From contig JBJMHS010000037.1 of the NCBI GenBank assembly GCA_045807245.1, forward strand, positions 1 to 50,049: a stretch of DNA of 50,049 bases, given 5' to 3'. The position numbers were made by a program, and so were the translations under genes. Shown in pieces: positions 9,573-19,232 of this stretch (positions are counted from its first letter, which is position 1; each line of letters begins with the position of its first letter). This DNA is from Actinomycetales bacterium. GTDB lineage: Bacteria; Actinomycetota; Actinomycetes; Actinomycetales; CAVURS01. The notes beneath the pieces were generated by a model, which searched no databases, was not told the origin of the DNA, and was given only the letters and a program-made list of their open reading frames with translations.

Positions 9573-11171
9573 TCACAGAAGGCGGCGCCACGCCGTACGC
9601 TGCAACGAACGACGGACCGAACCGAGAGCTCCGTTGTCCCGCAACGCGGTTCGCGCCGCATTCCAACCGCAGGCCCCGTGCACTCCGCCTCCGGGATGCG
9701 CCGACGCGCTGGCCAGATAGAGCCGCTCGTACGGCGTCTCGGGGCGACCCAGACCCGCGAACGGGCGGAAGATCGCCTGTTGGTGCAGCGCCGCAGTTCC
9801 GCCGTTGACCGCTCCCAGCAAGAGGTTCGCGTCGTCGGAGTTGATCCCGGTGGGTGTCTGGACGTGACGCGCGATGACGCGGTCGGTGAAACCCGGCGCG
9901 ACTCGTTCGATGGCCGCCTCGACGACCCCCACCTGAGCCTGGACAACCGCGTCGTCAGCCGCGAGCGCCGCCGGGAGGTGCGTGTACGCCCAGGCCGACT
10001 CGGTCCCGGCCGGCGACCGGGTCGGGTCGGCTGTCGTCATCTGGCCGAACAGCACGAAGGGACGGGCCGGCGCGCGCCCGGTGGACAGGTCAGCGGCGAA
10101 GTCGACGAAGCCGGTGTCGTCGACACCCAGATGCACCGTGCCCGCGCCGGCAGCCTCCGGAGAACGCCACGGGACGGGGTCGCTCAACGCCCAGTTCATC
10201 TTCATCGTCGGGTGGTCGGCCTGGAACTGCTCGAGCCGGCGTACGAGTGCCGGCGCCAGCCGGTCCGCGCCGATGAGGCGGCGATACAAGACCGGAGCCA
10301 CGACGTCGGCCAGCACGGCCCGGCGAGCGCGAACGTCGACGCCGTCCGTCGTCCGGACACCGACCGCCGTGCGACCGGCCAGCAGGACCCGCTCGACCTC
10401 TGTGCCGGTCATGACCACACCACCGCCGCCAGTGATGCGCCGGGTCAAGGCATCGGACAGCTCTTGCGCGCCCCCGCGCGGCACGGGGAAGCCGACGTCC
10501 TGCCCGAGCATGCACAGCAGCCAGCCGAACAGTCCGCTGCCGGCGGCATCCGGCGGGATGTCCGCGTGCATGGCGTTGCCGGTCAGCAGGAGACCCGCTC
10601 CCGCCCCGGCGAAGTGTTCCTCAGCCAGCCGCCGTACCGGCAGCGCTGCGAGCCGCGCCAGGTCGAGACCGTCGGCGACGCCCAGCCGTCGGAGCACCCG
10701 CAGCAGGCCGCGGATCGGAGGCAACGGCGCGAACAGGCTGTCCAGGAGCGGGTCGCGGATCTGCCGCCACTGCTCGAACATCGCCAGCCAGGCGTCGCCG
10801 TCGCCGCTCGCGAAGCCGTCCAGGCTCTCGGCCGTCCGGTCCGGTTCGGCGGCCAGCAGGGCGCAACGCCCGTCGTCGAGCGCGTGAGCCAGCACATCGG
10901 GCGCTGTGGACCAGCTCAGGCCGTGGCGGCCGAGCTCGAGGTCGCGGATGACCGGCGAGGCCGCGGCGAGAGGGTAGAACGCGCTGAACAGGTCGCTCAC
11001 GAAGCCCGGGGCGGTCACCTGCGCGCTGCGAACCGCGCCGCCCACAGTCGGCTGGGCCTCCAGGACGACGACGTCCCACCCGGCGTCGACCAGCGCGTTG
11101 GCCGCAACCAACCCATTCGGACCCGCTCCGATGACGACGGCATCTGCGACCTGGACGGCAGCGGGCGGCAT
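9573..11171 (-). CDS. Phytoene desaturase-family NAD(P)/FAD-dependent oxidoreductase
   Basis: VIGAGPNGLVAA..L, EAQPTVGGA, VPRGGAQ and LYLASASAHPGGGVHGACG. Confidence 0.88.
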   Translation of the reverse strand: MPPAAVQVADAVVIGAGPNGLVAANALVDAGWDVVVLEAQPTVGGAVRSAQVTAPGFVSDLFSAFYPLAAASPVIRDLELGRHGLSWSTAPDVLAHALDDGRCALLAAEPDRTAESLDGFASGDGDAWLAMFEQWRQIRDPLLDSLFAPLPPIRGLLRVLRRLGVADGLDLARLAALPVRRLAEEHFAGAGAGLLLTGNAMHADIPPDAAGSGLFGWLLCMLGQDVGFPVPRGGAQELSDALTRRITGGGGVVMTGTEVERVLLAGRTAVGVRTTDGVDVRARRAVLADVVAPVLYRRLIGADRLAPALVRRLEQFQADHPTMKMNWALSDPVPWRSPEAAGAGTVHLGVDDTGFVDFAADLSTGRAPARPFVLFGQMTTADPTRSPAGTESAWAYTHLPAALAADDAVVQAQVGVVEAAIERVAPGFTDRVIARHVQTPTGINSDDANLLLGAVNGGTAALHQQAIFRPFAGLGRPETPYERLYLASASAHPGGGVHGACGWNAARTALRDNGALGSVRRSLQRTAWRRLL

Positions 11172-11292
11172 CCCCCCAGTCTCAGGGACTTCAGAGCACA
11201 CGGCGCGCCGACCCGAGCTCGTCGTTCGGCCGCCGAGCCGGCCCACGGCGCTGCGGATGCGGCACCAGCCGTGACCGGGGACACTCCGCGAT

Positions 11293-12294
11293 GTGCGACT
11301 GCGGACGGTTTCCCCGGACCAACCGGGCATCCGGCGGCTCCGGCGCGGCCGCGGCTTCGGCTACGTGCACGCCTCGGGGCGTGCGGTCAGCGCGGCGGAA
11401 CGCAGGCGCATCGAGGAGCTCGTGATCCCGCCGGCCTGGACCGACGTATGGATCTGCGAGCTGGCCAACGGTCACATCCAGGCCGTCGGCACCGACGACG
11501 CCGGCCGTCGGCAGTACCTCTACCACCCGGTCTGGCGGGAGCGACGCGACCGGGACAAGTTCGAGCACGCGCTCACCGTCGGCCAGCGGCTGCCCGTCGC
11601 CCGGAGCGTTGTCACGCGGCACCTCAAGCTCCCCGGGATGCCGGCCGAACGCGCCCTCGCCACGGCCTTCCGGCTGCTCGATCTCGGCTTCTTCCGGATC
11701 GGCGGCGAGAGCTACACCGAGCAGCACGGCAGCTACGGCCTGGCGACCCTGCTGCGCCGTCATGTCTCCGTGCGTGGTGGCGTCGCGACCTTCCGGTACG
11801 CCGCGAAGTCCGGGCAGCGGCGCGACCTGACCCTGCAGGACGCCCAGACCATCGCGGCCGTGCGGGCCATGCTCGCACGCAAGGGCGGAGGCAACGAGCT
11901 CCTGGCCTATCGCCGCGGCCGGGTGTGGGTCGACGTGACGAGCTCGGACATCAACGCCTACGTCAAGGAGCGGCTGGGCGAGGACGTCTCGGCCAAGGAC
12001 TTCCGCACCTGGCACGCGACCGTCCTGGCGGCCCTCGAGCTGGCCAGCCGCTCCGCGGAGGCGACGTCGCGGACCGCCCGGCAGCGGGTGGAGCGCGAAG
12101 CCGTGCGCGAGGTGGCCGAACGACTCGGCAACACCCGCACCGTGGCGCGCAACAGCTACATCGACCCCCAGGTGATCGAGTCGTTCCGGCGCGGCCAGAC
12201 GGTCGACTGCGCGTTCACCGCCGCGGAGGTGGTGGGCTCGCCGCGACGGCGGGCCGTCGCCGAGCGGGCCCTCCTGCGGCTGCTCTCGGGATAG
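11293..12294 (+). CDS. DNA topoisomerase IB (bacterial, poxvirus-like)
   Basis: IPPAWTDVWIC, GHIQAVGTDDAGRRQYLYH, RIGGESY, AKSG, AKDFRTW, LGNT and SYIDP (catalytic Tyr). Confidence 0.95.
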   Translation: MRLRTVSPDQPGIRRLRRGRGFGYVHASGRAVSAAERRRIEELVIPPAWTDVWICELANGHIQAVGTDDAGRRQYLYHPVWRERRDRDKFEHALTVGQRLPVARSVVTRHLKLPGMPAERALATAFRLLDLGFFRIGGESYTEQHGSYGLATLLRRHVSVRGGVATFRYAAKSGQRRDLTLQDAQTIAAVRAMLARKGGGNELLAYRRGRVWVDVTSSDINAYVKERLGEDVSAKDFRTWHATVLAALELASRSAEATSRTARQRVEREAVREVAERLGNTRTVARNSYIDPQVIESFRRGQTVDCAFTAAEVVGSPRRRAVAERALLRLLSG

Positions 12295-12352
12295 CCGCCG
12301 GACCCACGTCGCTCGACCTGCGGACGACCGGTTGCGGAGCTAGCGTCACAAC

Positions 12353-15300
12353 GTGGCGCGCAACATCCTGTCCTGGCCCGTGGTTCGGCAGTTCCGGGGT
12401 TCGGACCGGCTGGGTCGAGGCGATGCGGCGTACTCCGACACGACCAGACAGCTGGCCGCCCGGACCGAGACTGCCGATCGCGTCGTGGGGTCTGTCTGCC
12501 CGTACTGCGCCGTGGGATGCGCGCAACAGGTCTTCGTCAAGGACGGCAAGGTCATCCAGATCGAAGGTGACCCGGACTCGCCCATCAGCCGAGGTCGCCT
12601 GTGCCCCAAGGGATCTGCCACGCTGCAGCTCACGACCGGGGACTCCCGGAGCCACCAGGTGCTCCACCGCCGGCCCCATGCCAGCGACTGGGAGCCCCTG
12701 GACCTGGAGACCGCCATGGACATGGTGGCCGACCGCGTGCTGGCCACGCGTGACGCGACCTGGCAGGAGACCCACGAGGACCATCCCGTCCATCGGACCA
12801 TGGGTATCGCGAGCCTCGGCGGGGCGACCCTGGACAACGAGGAGAACTACCTGATCAAGAAGCTCTTCACCGCGCTGGGCGTCGTCCAGGTCGAGAACCA
12901 GGCCCGGGTGTGCCACAGCTCGACGGTCGTCGCGCTGGGCACGTCGTTCGGCCGCGGCGGCTCGACAACGTCGTTGCAGGATCTGCAACACGCGAACTGC
13001 ATCGTGATCGAGGGGTCCAACTTCGCCGAGTGCCACCCGGTCGGCTTCCAATGGGTGATGGAAGCCAAGCTGCGCGGCGCGACGATCATCCACGTCGACC
13101 CGCGCTACACGCGCACGAGCGCGCTGGCGGACGTCCACGTGCCGATCCGGGCGGGGACCGATGTGGCGTTCCTCGGAGGTCTGATCCGGCATGTCATGAC
13201 GAACGACCTGGACTTCCGTGACTATGTCGTGAACTACACGAACGCCTCGACGTTGATCAGCGAGGACTACCGCGACACCGAGGACCTCGACGGCCTGTTC
13301 TCCGGCTTCAACCCGGAGACGCGGCACTACGACCACGCGTCCTGGCAGTACGAGGGCATGAACGTCCCCGCGGCCTCAGGTGACCGGGACGAGCAGTACG
13401 AACGGATGAGCGGCGAGGGCTCCACCGTCTCCCAGTCCGGCCACGGCGAGTCGCACGGGTCGGGCGGACCGGCGCTCGAGGGCTCCCCCGTCCGGGACGA
13501 GACGCTGCAGCACCCGCGGTGTGTCTGGCAGATCGTCAAGCGGCACTACGACCGCTACACCCCGGAGCTGGTGGCGCAGGTCTGCGGCATCCCCGAGGAG
13601 CTGTTCCAGCGCGTCGCCGACGCGGTGACCTCGAACTCCGGACCGGACCGCACGACCGCGTTCGCCTACGCCCTCGGCTGGACCCAGCACACCACCGGCG
13701 CGCAGAACATCCGGGCCGCCTCGATCCTGCAGCTCCTCCTCGGCAACATCGGGCGTCGCGGGGGCGGCATCATGGCGCTGCGCGGCCACGCGAGCATCCA
13801 GGGCTCCAGCGACGTGCCGACGCTGTTCGACCTGCTGCCGGGGTACCTGCCGATGCCGCATGCGCACCAGCACGACGACTTCGACCACTACCTGCGGGCC
13901 GAGACGTCCCAGCGCGGTTTCTGGCACGGCATGCCGGCGTACCTGGTGAGCCTGCTCAAGGCGTACTGGGGCGAGCACGCCACGGCGGACAACGACTACT
14001 GCTTCGACTACCTGCCGCGGCTGACCGGGGCTCACGGCACCTACCAGACCGTCGCCGCTCAGATCGACGGCGAGTGCAAGGGGTACTTCCTGTTCGGCGA
14101 GAACCCCGCGGTGGGGTCGGCCAACGCGAGGATGCAGCGTCTCGGCCTGGCCAACCTGGACTGGCTGGTCGTGCGCGACTTCTCCCTGATCGAAAGCGCG
14201 ACGTGGTGGAAGGACGGCCCGGAGATCGGCTCCGGTGAGCTGCGCACGGCCGACATCGGGACGGAGGTGTTCTTCTTCCCCGCGGCGACGCACACGGAGA
14301 AGGAGGGCACGTTCACCAACACCAACCGCTTGCTCCAGTGGCACCACATGGCGGTCGAGCCGGCGGGAGACGCCCGGAGCGACCTGTGGTTCATGTACCA
14401 CCTCGGCCGGCGGATCCAGGACCGGCTGGCCGGCTCCTCCCTCGACCGCGACCGCCCGGTACAGCACCTCACCTGGGACCTGCCGACCTCCGGTCGCCAT
14501 GACGAGCCGAGTGCCGAAGCGGTACTGAGAGAGATCAACGGGTACGACGCGGACGGACAGCCGCTGTCGGCGTACACCGAGCTCAAGGACGACGGCTCGA
14601 CCTCCTGCGGGTGCTGGATCTACTGCGGCGTCTACGCCGACGGGGTCAACCAGTCGGCCCGCCGTACGCCGGCGACCTCGGCGGACGGCTGGCTCGGCCT
14701 GGAGTGGGGCTGGGCCTGGCCGGCCAACCGCCACATCCTCTACAACCGGGCCTCGGCCGACCCGGACGGCCGACCGTGGAGCGACGCCAAGTCCCTGGTC
14801 TGGTGGGACGAGGCCGGGTCGAAGTGGACGGGCTACGACGTGCCGGACTTCAAGGCGGACAAGGCGCCCTGGTACCGGCCGCCCGAGGACGGGACCGGGC
14901 CGGACGGGTTGTCGGGGAGCGAGCCGTTCATCATGCAGGCCGACGGCCGCGGCTGGCTCTTCGCACCGACGGGCGTCGTCGACGGACCCCTGCCGACGCA
15001 CTACGAACCGCAGGACTCTCCGGTCCGCAACGCCCTGCACGCTGCACACTCCCGCAGCCCGGCTCGAGGCGTCATGGCCAGGCCCGAGAACCCGTACCAC
15101 CCCAGCGCGGGCGAGCGCGGTGACGAGGTCTTCCCCTACGTCCTGACGACGTACCGCGTGACCGAGCACTTCACCGCGGGCGGCATGACCCGGTGGACGC
15201 CGTACCTGGCGGAGCTGCAGCCGGAGCTGTTCTGCGAGGTGTCACCCGAGCTGGCTGCCGAACGGGGTCTGGCCAACGGCGGCTGGGCGACGATCGTCAC

Positions 15301-15607
15301 CGCCCGCGGCGCCATCGAGGCGCGGGTGCTGGTCACGTCGCGGATGCGTCCGCTCCAGGTCGACGGACGGACGATCCACCAGGTCGGAGTCCCGTTCCAC
15401 TGGGGCCCGAACGGGCTGAGCCGCGGGGATGCGGTGAACGAGCTCACGGCTGTCGCTCTGGACCCGACCGCGCACATCCAGGAGGACAAGGCGCTGACCG
15501 TCGACATCCGACCGGGTCGCAAGCCGAACGGCGCGGCCTTGCCACTGCTCGTCCAGCACTACCGCGACCAGGCCCACATCGACGAGCGCACGGGCACGGA
15601 GGTGTGA
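12353..15607 (+). CDS. fdh: Formate dehydrogenase catalytic subunit (FdnG/FdoG-like Mo/W-bisPGD enzyme, Cys-containing)
   Basis: CPYCAVGC...GRLCPKG 4Fe-4S motif, NQARVCHSST active site, ALRGHASIQG and a C-terminal molybdopterin-binding domain. Confidence 0.95.
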   Translation: MARNILSWPVVRQFRGSDRLGRGDAAYSDTTRQLAARTETADRVVGSVCPYCAVGCAQQVFVKDGKVIQIEGDPDSPISRGRLCPKGSATLQLTTGDSRSHQVLHRRPHASDWEPLDLETAMDMVADRVLATRDATWQETHEDHPVHRTMGIASLGGATLDNEENYLIKKLFTALGVVQVENQARVCHSSTVVALGTSFGRGGSTTSLQDLQHANCIVIEGSNFAECHPVGFQWVMEAKLRGATIIHVDPRYTRTSALADVHVPIRAGTDVAFLGGLIRHVMTNDLDFRDYVVNYTNASTLISEDYRDTEDLDGLFSGFNPETRHYDHASWQYEGMNVPAASGDRDEQYERMSGEGSTVSQSGHGESHGSGGPALEGSPVRDETLQHPRCVWQIVKRHYDRYTPELVAQVCGIPEELFQRVADAVTSNSGPDRTTAFAYALGWTQHTTGAQNIRAASILQLLLGNIGRRGGGIMALRGHASIQGSSDVPTLFDLLPGYLPMPHAHQHDDFDHYLRAETSQRGFWHGMPAYLVSLLKAYWGEHATADNDYCFDYLPRLTGAHGTYQTVAAQIDGECKGYFLFGENPAVGSANARMQRLGLANLDWLVVRDFSLIESATWWKDGPEIGSGELRTADIGTEVFFFPAATHTEKEGTFTNTNRLLQWHHMAVEPAGDARSDLWFMYHLGRRIQDRLAGSSLDRDRPVQHLTWDLPTSGRHDEPSAEAVLREINGYDADGQPLSAYTELKDDGSTSCGCWIYCGVYADGVNQSARRTPATSADGWLGLEWGWAWPANRHILYNRASADPDGRPWSDAKSLVWWDEAGSKWTGYDVPDFKADKAPWYRPPEDGTGPDGLSGSEPFIMQADGRGWLFAPTGVVDGPLPTHYEPQDSPVRNALHAAHSRSPARGVMARPENPYHPSAGERGDEVFPYVLTTYRVTEHFTAGGMTRWTPYLAELQPELFCEVSPELAAERGLANGGWATIVTARGAIEARVLVTSRMRPLQVDGRTIHQVGVPFHWGPNGLSRGDAVNELTAVALDPTAHIQEDKALTVDIRPGRKPNGAALPLLVQHYRDQAHIDERTGTEV

Positions 15608-15610
15608 CCG

Positions 15611-16459
15611 GTGAAGGTCTTCCTGGGCAACGTCCTGTCCGGTCCGGAGCCGCACGTGGCCGCCGACGCCGGGCACCCCGACCCACCGCCGCGCAAGGGC
15701 TTCTTCACCGACACGAGCGTGTGCATCGGCTGCAAGGCCTGTGAGGTCGCCTGCAAGGAGTGGAACCAGGTCCCGAGCAAGCCGCTGAGCCTGAGCGGGA
15801 TGTCCTACGACAACACGACGCAGCTGGGCGCCGACAGCTGGCGTCACGTCGCGTTCATCGAGCAGGACCGACCGGTCGACGACCCAGCCGGACGAACGAG
15901 ATGGCTGATGGCGTCGGACGTCTGCAAGCACTGCACGCACGCCGCGTGCCTGGACGTGTGCCCGACCGGCGCGCTCGTGCGGACCGAGTTCGGGACCGTG
16001 GTGATCCAGCAGGACGTCTGCAACGGGTGCGGCTACTGCGTCTCCGCCTGTCCGTACGGCGTGATCGGGCAACGCGAGGATGACGGGCGCATGTTCAAGT
16101 GCACCATGTGCTACGACCGGCTCGGTGCCGGTCTCGAACCCGCATGTGCCAAGGCCTGCCCGACCGACTCCATCCAGTTCGGTGACCTCGAGGAGCTGCG
16201 CGAACGCGCAGCGGCCCGGGTCGAGCAGCTCCACGCCGACGGCGACAGCGGAGCCCGCCTGTACGGCCACGACCCGGAGGACGGCGTGGGCGGCGACGAC
16301 GCCTTCTTCCTGCTGCTGGACGAGCCGGAGGCCTACGGGCTCCCACCGGACCCGGTCGTGACGACGCGCGACCTCGGTTCGATGTGGCGGCACGCCGGAG
16401 CGGCGGCGGCGGCGCTCGCCGGCCTGGTGGCGGCGAGCTTCCTCGGGCGGCGGCCGTGA
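15611..16459 (+). CDS. Formate dehydrogenase iron-sulfur (beta) subunit
   Basis: Four cluster motifs (CIGCKACEVAC, CKHCTHAACLDVCP, CNGCGYCVSACP, KCTMC..PACAKACP) and a C-terminal TM helix. Confidence 0.93.
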   Translation: MKVFLGNVLSGPEPHVAADAGHPDPPPRKGFFTDTSVCIGCKACEVACKEWNQVPSKPLSLSGMSYDNTTQLGADSWRHVAFIEQDRPVDDPAGRTRWLMASDVCKHCTHAACLDVCPTGALVRTEFGTVVIQQDVCNGCGYCVSACPYGVIGQREDDGRMFKCTMCYDRLGAGLEPACAKACPTDSIQFGDLEELRERAAARVEQLHADGDSGARLYGHDPEDGVGGDDAFFLLLDEPEAYGLPPDPVVTTRDLGSMWRHAGAAAAALAGLVAASFLGRRP

Positions 16460-17373
16460 GCCCGCGCGGCGAGCGCGCGATGGTCCCGCCGGCGCAGCCG
16501 ACGTCGTACTACGGCCGACCCATCCTCAAGGCACCCACCTGGCACAAGTCCAACGTCGCCGGGTACCTCTTCCTCGGGGGCCTCGCCGGTGGGTCGGCCC
16601 TGCTGGCCGGAGGCGCCGAGATGTCGGCGCGGCCCACCATGGCGCGGTCGACGAAAGTCGTTGCGCTGGGGGCCATCTCGCTCTCCACCGCCGCGCTCGT
16701 GCACGACCTCGGGCGTCCGTCTCGGTTCGTGAACATGTTGCGGGTGCTGAAACCCACCTCGCCGATGAGCGTCGGCTCGTGGATCCTGGCCGCGTTCGCC
16801 CCTGCGGCCGGCCTGGCGACACTGTCGGATGTCAGCGGTCGCCTGCCGAGGATCGGCCGTGTGGCGACGATGTCGGCCGCCGCGCTCGGCCCCCTCGTCG
16901 CGTCGTACACCAGCGTTCTGATCGCCGACACGGCGGTGCCGGCCTGGCATGACGCCCACCGTGAGCTGCCGTTCGTGTTCGTCGGCTCGGCCGGTGCCGC
17001 CTCCGCGGGAGCCGCACTGATCACGTCACCTGCGGCCGAGGCCGGACCGGCCCGGCGGCTGGCCGTGGCGTCGGTCGCGCTCGAGACGGCTGCGTCCGCC
17101 CGCCTGGAACGCGGGCCGCAGATCGAGCGCCGCTCCTTCCGCACCGGCCGTCCGGCGGCCCTGCTGAAGGCCGCGAAGGTGCTCGCCGTGGGCGGGGCCG
17201 CTTTGGCGGTCCTCGGACGACGGTCGCGTCTGCTCTCCGCGTCCGCGGGCGCAGGCCTGCTCGCCGGCTCTCTGCTGACCCGGCTGGGCGTCTACGAGGC
17301 CGGCGTGGCGTCGAGCCAGGACCCGGCCGAGACGGTCGAGGGCCAGCGCACTCGTTCGCTGCAGTCCCGGTAG
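16456..17373 (+). CDS. nrfD: NrfD/PsrC-family membrane anchor subunit
   Basis: YYGRPILKAP.W, YLFLGGLAGGS, DLGRPSRF, SPMSVGSW and YT.VL...AVPAW. GTGA overlap with the beta-subunit stop. Confidence 0.9.
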   Translation: MSPRGERAMVPPAQPTSYYGRPILKAPTWHKSNVAGYLFLGGLAGGSALLAGGAEMSARPTMARSTKVVALGAISLSTAALVHDLGRPSRFVNMLRVLKPTSPMSVGSWILAAFAPAAGLATLSDVSGRLPRIGRVATMSAAALGPLVASYTSVLIADTAVPAWHDAHRELPFVFVGSAGAASAGAALITSPAAEAGPARRLAVASVALETAASARLERGPQIERRSFRTGRPAALLKAAKVLAVGGAALAVLGRRSRLLSASAGAGLLAGSLLTRLGVYEAGVASSQDPAETVEGQRTRSLQSR

Positions 17374-17386
17374 AGGTCGGTCGGAC

Positions 17387-17446
17387 TCAGGCAGCGGCTC
17401 AGGCAGCGGCTCAGGCAGCGGCTCAGGCAGCGGCTCAGGCAGCGGC
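17387..17446. repeat. Perfect tandem repeat, 5 x 12 bp (TCAGGCAGCGGC)
   Basis: Five exact copies read directly. The rightmost copy is the last four codons of the LLM gene. Confidence 0.97.
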
Positions 17447-18403
17447 CTGGACGAAGGACCCGATCAGCGGGCGGACCTCACGGTCGAAGAACTCGAAGAA
17501 GGCGTCCTGGTCCGGGCCCACCTGGGCGACGTGCAGCACGTCGACGCCGGCCTCGGCGTACTCCTGGACGACCTTCGCGTAGCCACTCGGGTCCGGCCCG
17601 CAGGCCATCGAGCCGCGGGTGGACTCCTGAGTGACCAGCGTCGCCGCCTGCTCGAACTGGCGGACGCTGGGCAGGACCTGTGACAGCTCACCGGGCAGGC
17701 CCTGCGTTGCCCACAGCCGGTGGGCCGTCTGCACGGCCTCGTCCTCGTCGTCGGCATAGCAGAACTTCACTCCCGCCTCGACCGGGCCGCGACCGCCGTG
17801 CGTGCGGTACACGCCGATGTCGTCGGCCGACGGCTTGACCGTCACCAGGCCGTCGCCGACTTCAGCGGCCAGCTCCAAGGCCTTCGCCCCGAAGCCGGAG
17901 ACGTATATCGGCACCGGCCGCTCGGGCAGGGAGTAGATGCGGGCGTCCTCGATCTCGTAGTGCCGGCCGTGATGGTCGACCCGCTCCCCGCTGAGGAGCC
18001 TCCGGATGACCTCGATCGCCTCGGCCAACATCTCCAGCCGAACATCAGCCGTCGGCCAGCGCGCCCCGAAGACGTGCTCGTTCAGCGCCTCGCCACTGCC
18101 GACGCCGAGCCGGAAACCGCCGGGGAGCATGGCGGCGGACGTCGCCGCCGCCTGGGCCACGAGACCAGGGTGGATCCGCGTCGTGGGACAGGTGACCGAC
18201 GTCGTCACAGGCAAGGACGTGACCTGGCTGAGAGCGCCGATCACGGACCAGACGAACGGACTCTCACCCTGCTCGTCGTTCCACGGATGGAAGTGGTCGG
18301 AGATCCACAGGCTCTCGAACCCGTGCTGCTCCGCGAGTTGAGCCTGCCGGACGAGCTCGGTCGGCGGATGCTCCTCACAGGAGAGGAAGTAGCCCAGGTG
18401 CAT
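17435..18403 (-). CDS. F420-dependent LLM-class oxidoreductase (TIGR03557, G6PDH-like)
   Basis: LGYFLSCEEH, WISDHFHPW, SVTCPT and LGVGSGEALNEH. AGGAG RBS. Confidence 0.92.
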   Translation of the reverse strand: MHLGYFLSCEEHPPTELVRQAQLAEQHGFESLWISDHFHPWNDEQGESPFVWSVIGALSQVTSLPVTTSVTCPTTRIHPGLVAQAAATSAAMLPGGFRLGVGSGEALNEHVFGARWPTADVRLEMLAEAIEVIRRLLSGERVDHHGRHYEIEDARIYSLPERPVPIYVSGFGAKALELAAEVGDGLVTVKPSADDIGVYRTHGGRGPVEAGVKFCYADDEDEAVQTAHRLWATQGLPGELSQVLPSVRQFEQAATLVTQESTRGSMACGPDPSGYAKVVQEYAEAGVDVLHVAQVGPDQDAFFEFFDREVRPLIGSFVQAAA

Positions 18404-18555
18404 GTCTCACTCCTCGCGTCGAAAACCGATGCGTGTCAACCTCTTACGACACCAAAAGGCCCCGAAGCGAGCAACTCGAGATCGGCCCTGCGCGGTTGCT
18501 GGATGGCCGGCCTGGTGATGTGATCGGAGACGTGGTCGCGCACGCAGTCAGTCGG

Positions 18556-19209
18556 GTGGGCGCGGACGAGTTCGTCCCGCACACGTCCAGTCTGCGGACC
18601 CTGGACACCGCGGCGCGCGCGTGCCGCGGCTGCGAGCTGTACGAGCGCGCGACGCAGACCGTCTTCGGCGAAGGTCCGCCGCGGGCCGGTCTGTTCCTTG
18701 TCGGCGAGCAGCCGGGCGACGTCGAGGACGTCGAGGGTGCGCCGTTCGTCGGTCCGGCGGGGCGTCTGCTCGACAAGGCCATGGCCGAGGCCGGACTGGA
18801 CCGCAACGAGGTCTACGTGACCAACGCGGTCAAGCACTTCAGGTGGAGGGCCGCGGCCGCCGGCAAGCGTCGCATCCACGACACCCCTGCAGCCCGGCAC
18901 ATCGCAGCTTGCCAGCCGTGGCTGGAGGCCGAGCTGGGCGTCGTCCGTCCGCGCATCGTGGTCGCGCTGGGTGCGGTGGCCGCGGTGGCGCTGCTGGGGG
19001 CGGGCTTCCGTCTCACCCAGCACCGGCGCGAGCTGCAAACCTGGCCACCGCCCAAGGGTCCCTACTCGGACAGCGAGCTGGACATCGCGGGGGTGTTGGC
19101 GACGGTCCATCCATCCGCCGTCCTCCGCGCTCGCAGCGACACCCGCGGCGAGCTGTACAGCGGCCTGGTGCGAGACCTGGCCCAAGCAGGGCAGATGGCC
19201 GCCGCCTGA
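18556..19209 (+). CDS. udgX: UdgX-family uracil-DNA binding protein (family 4 UDG-like); start uncertain, frame open from 18433
   Basis: CRGC 4Fe-4S motif, VGEQPG, PFVGPAG, TNAVKHF, the diagnostic R-loop KRRIH and TVHPS. Confidence 0.9.
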   Translation: MGADEFVPHTSSLRTLDTAARACRGCELYERATQTVFGEGPPRAGLFLVGEQPGDVEDVEGAPFVGPAGRLLDKAMAEAGLDRNEVYVTNAVKHFRWRAAAAGKRRIHDTPAARHIAACQPWLEAELGVVRPRIVVALGAVAAVALLGAGFRLTQHRRELQTWPPPKGPYSDSELDIAGVLATVHPSAVLRARSDTRGELYSGLVRDLAQAGQMAAA

Positions 19210-19232
19210 CATCGACGGTGCTCAGGGAGCTC

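Noticed and set aside
11293..12294. Tyrosine recombinase/integrase interpretation
   Set aside because: The motifs are specific to TopIB, and no att-like repeats or cargo boundary were seen.
9678..12854. 1058-aa + strand ORF
   Set aside because: Arg/Gly/Pro-rich shadow frame overlapping the well-supported desaturase, TopIB and FDH genes.
12911..12913. Selenocysteine recoding in FDH
   Set aside because: The codon is TGC and the frame is uninterrupted.
17387..17446. CRISPR array
   Set aside because: 12-bp units with no spacers, and no cas genes.
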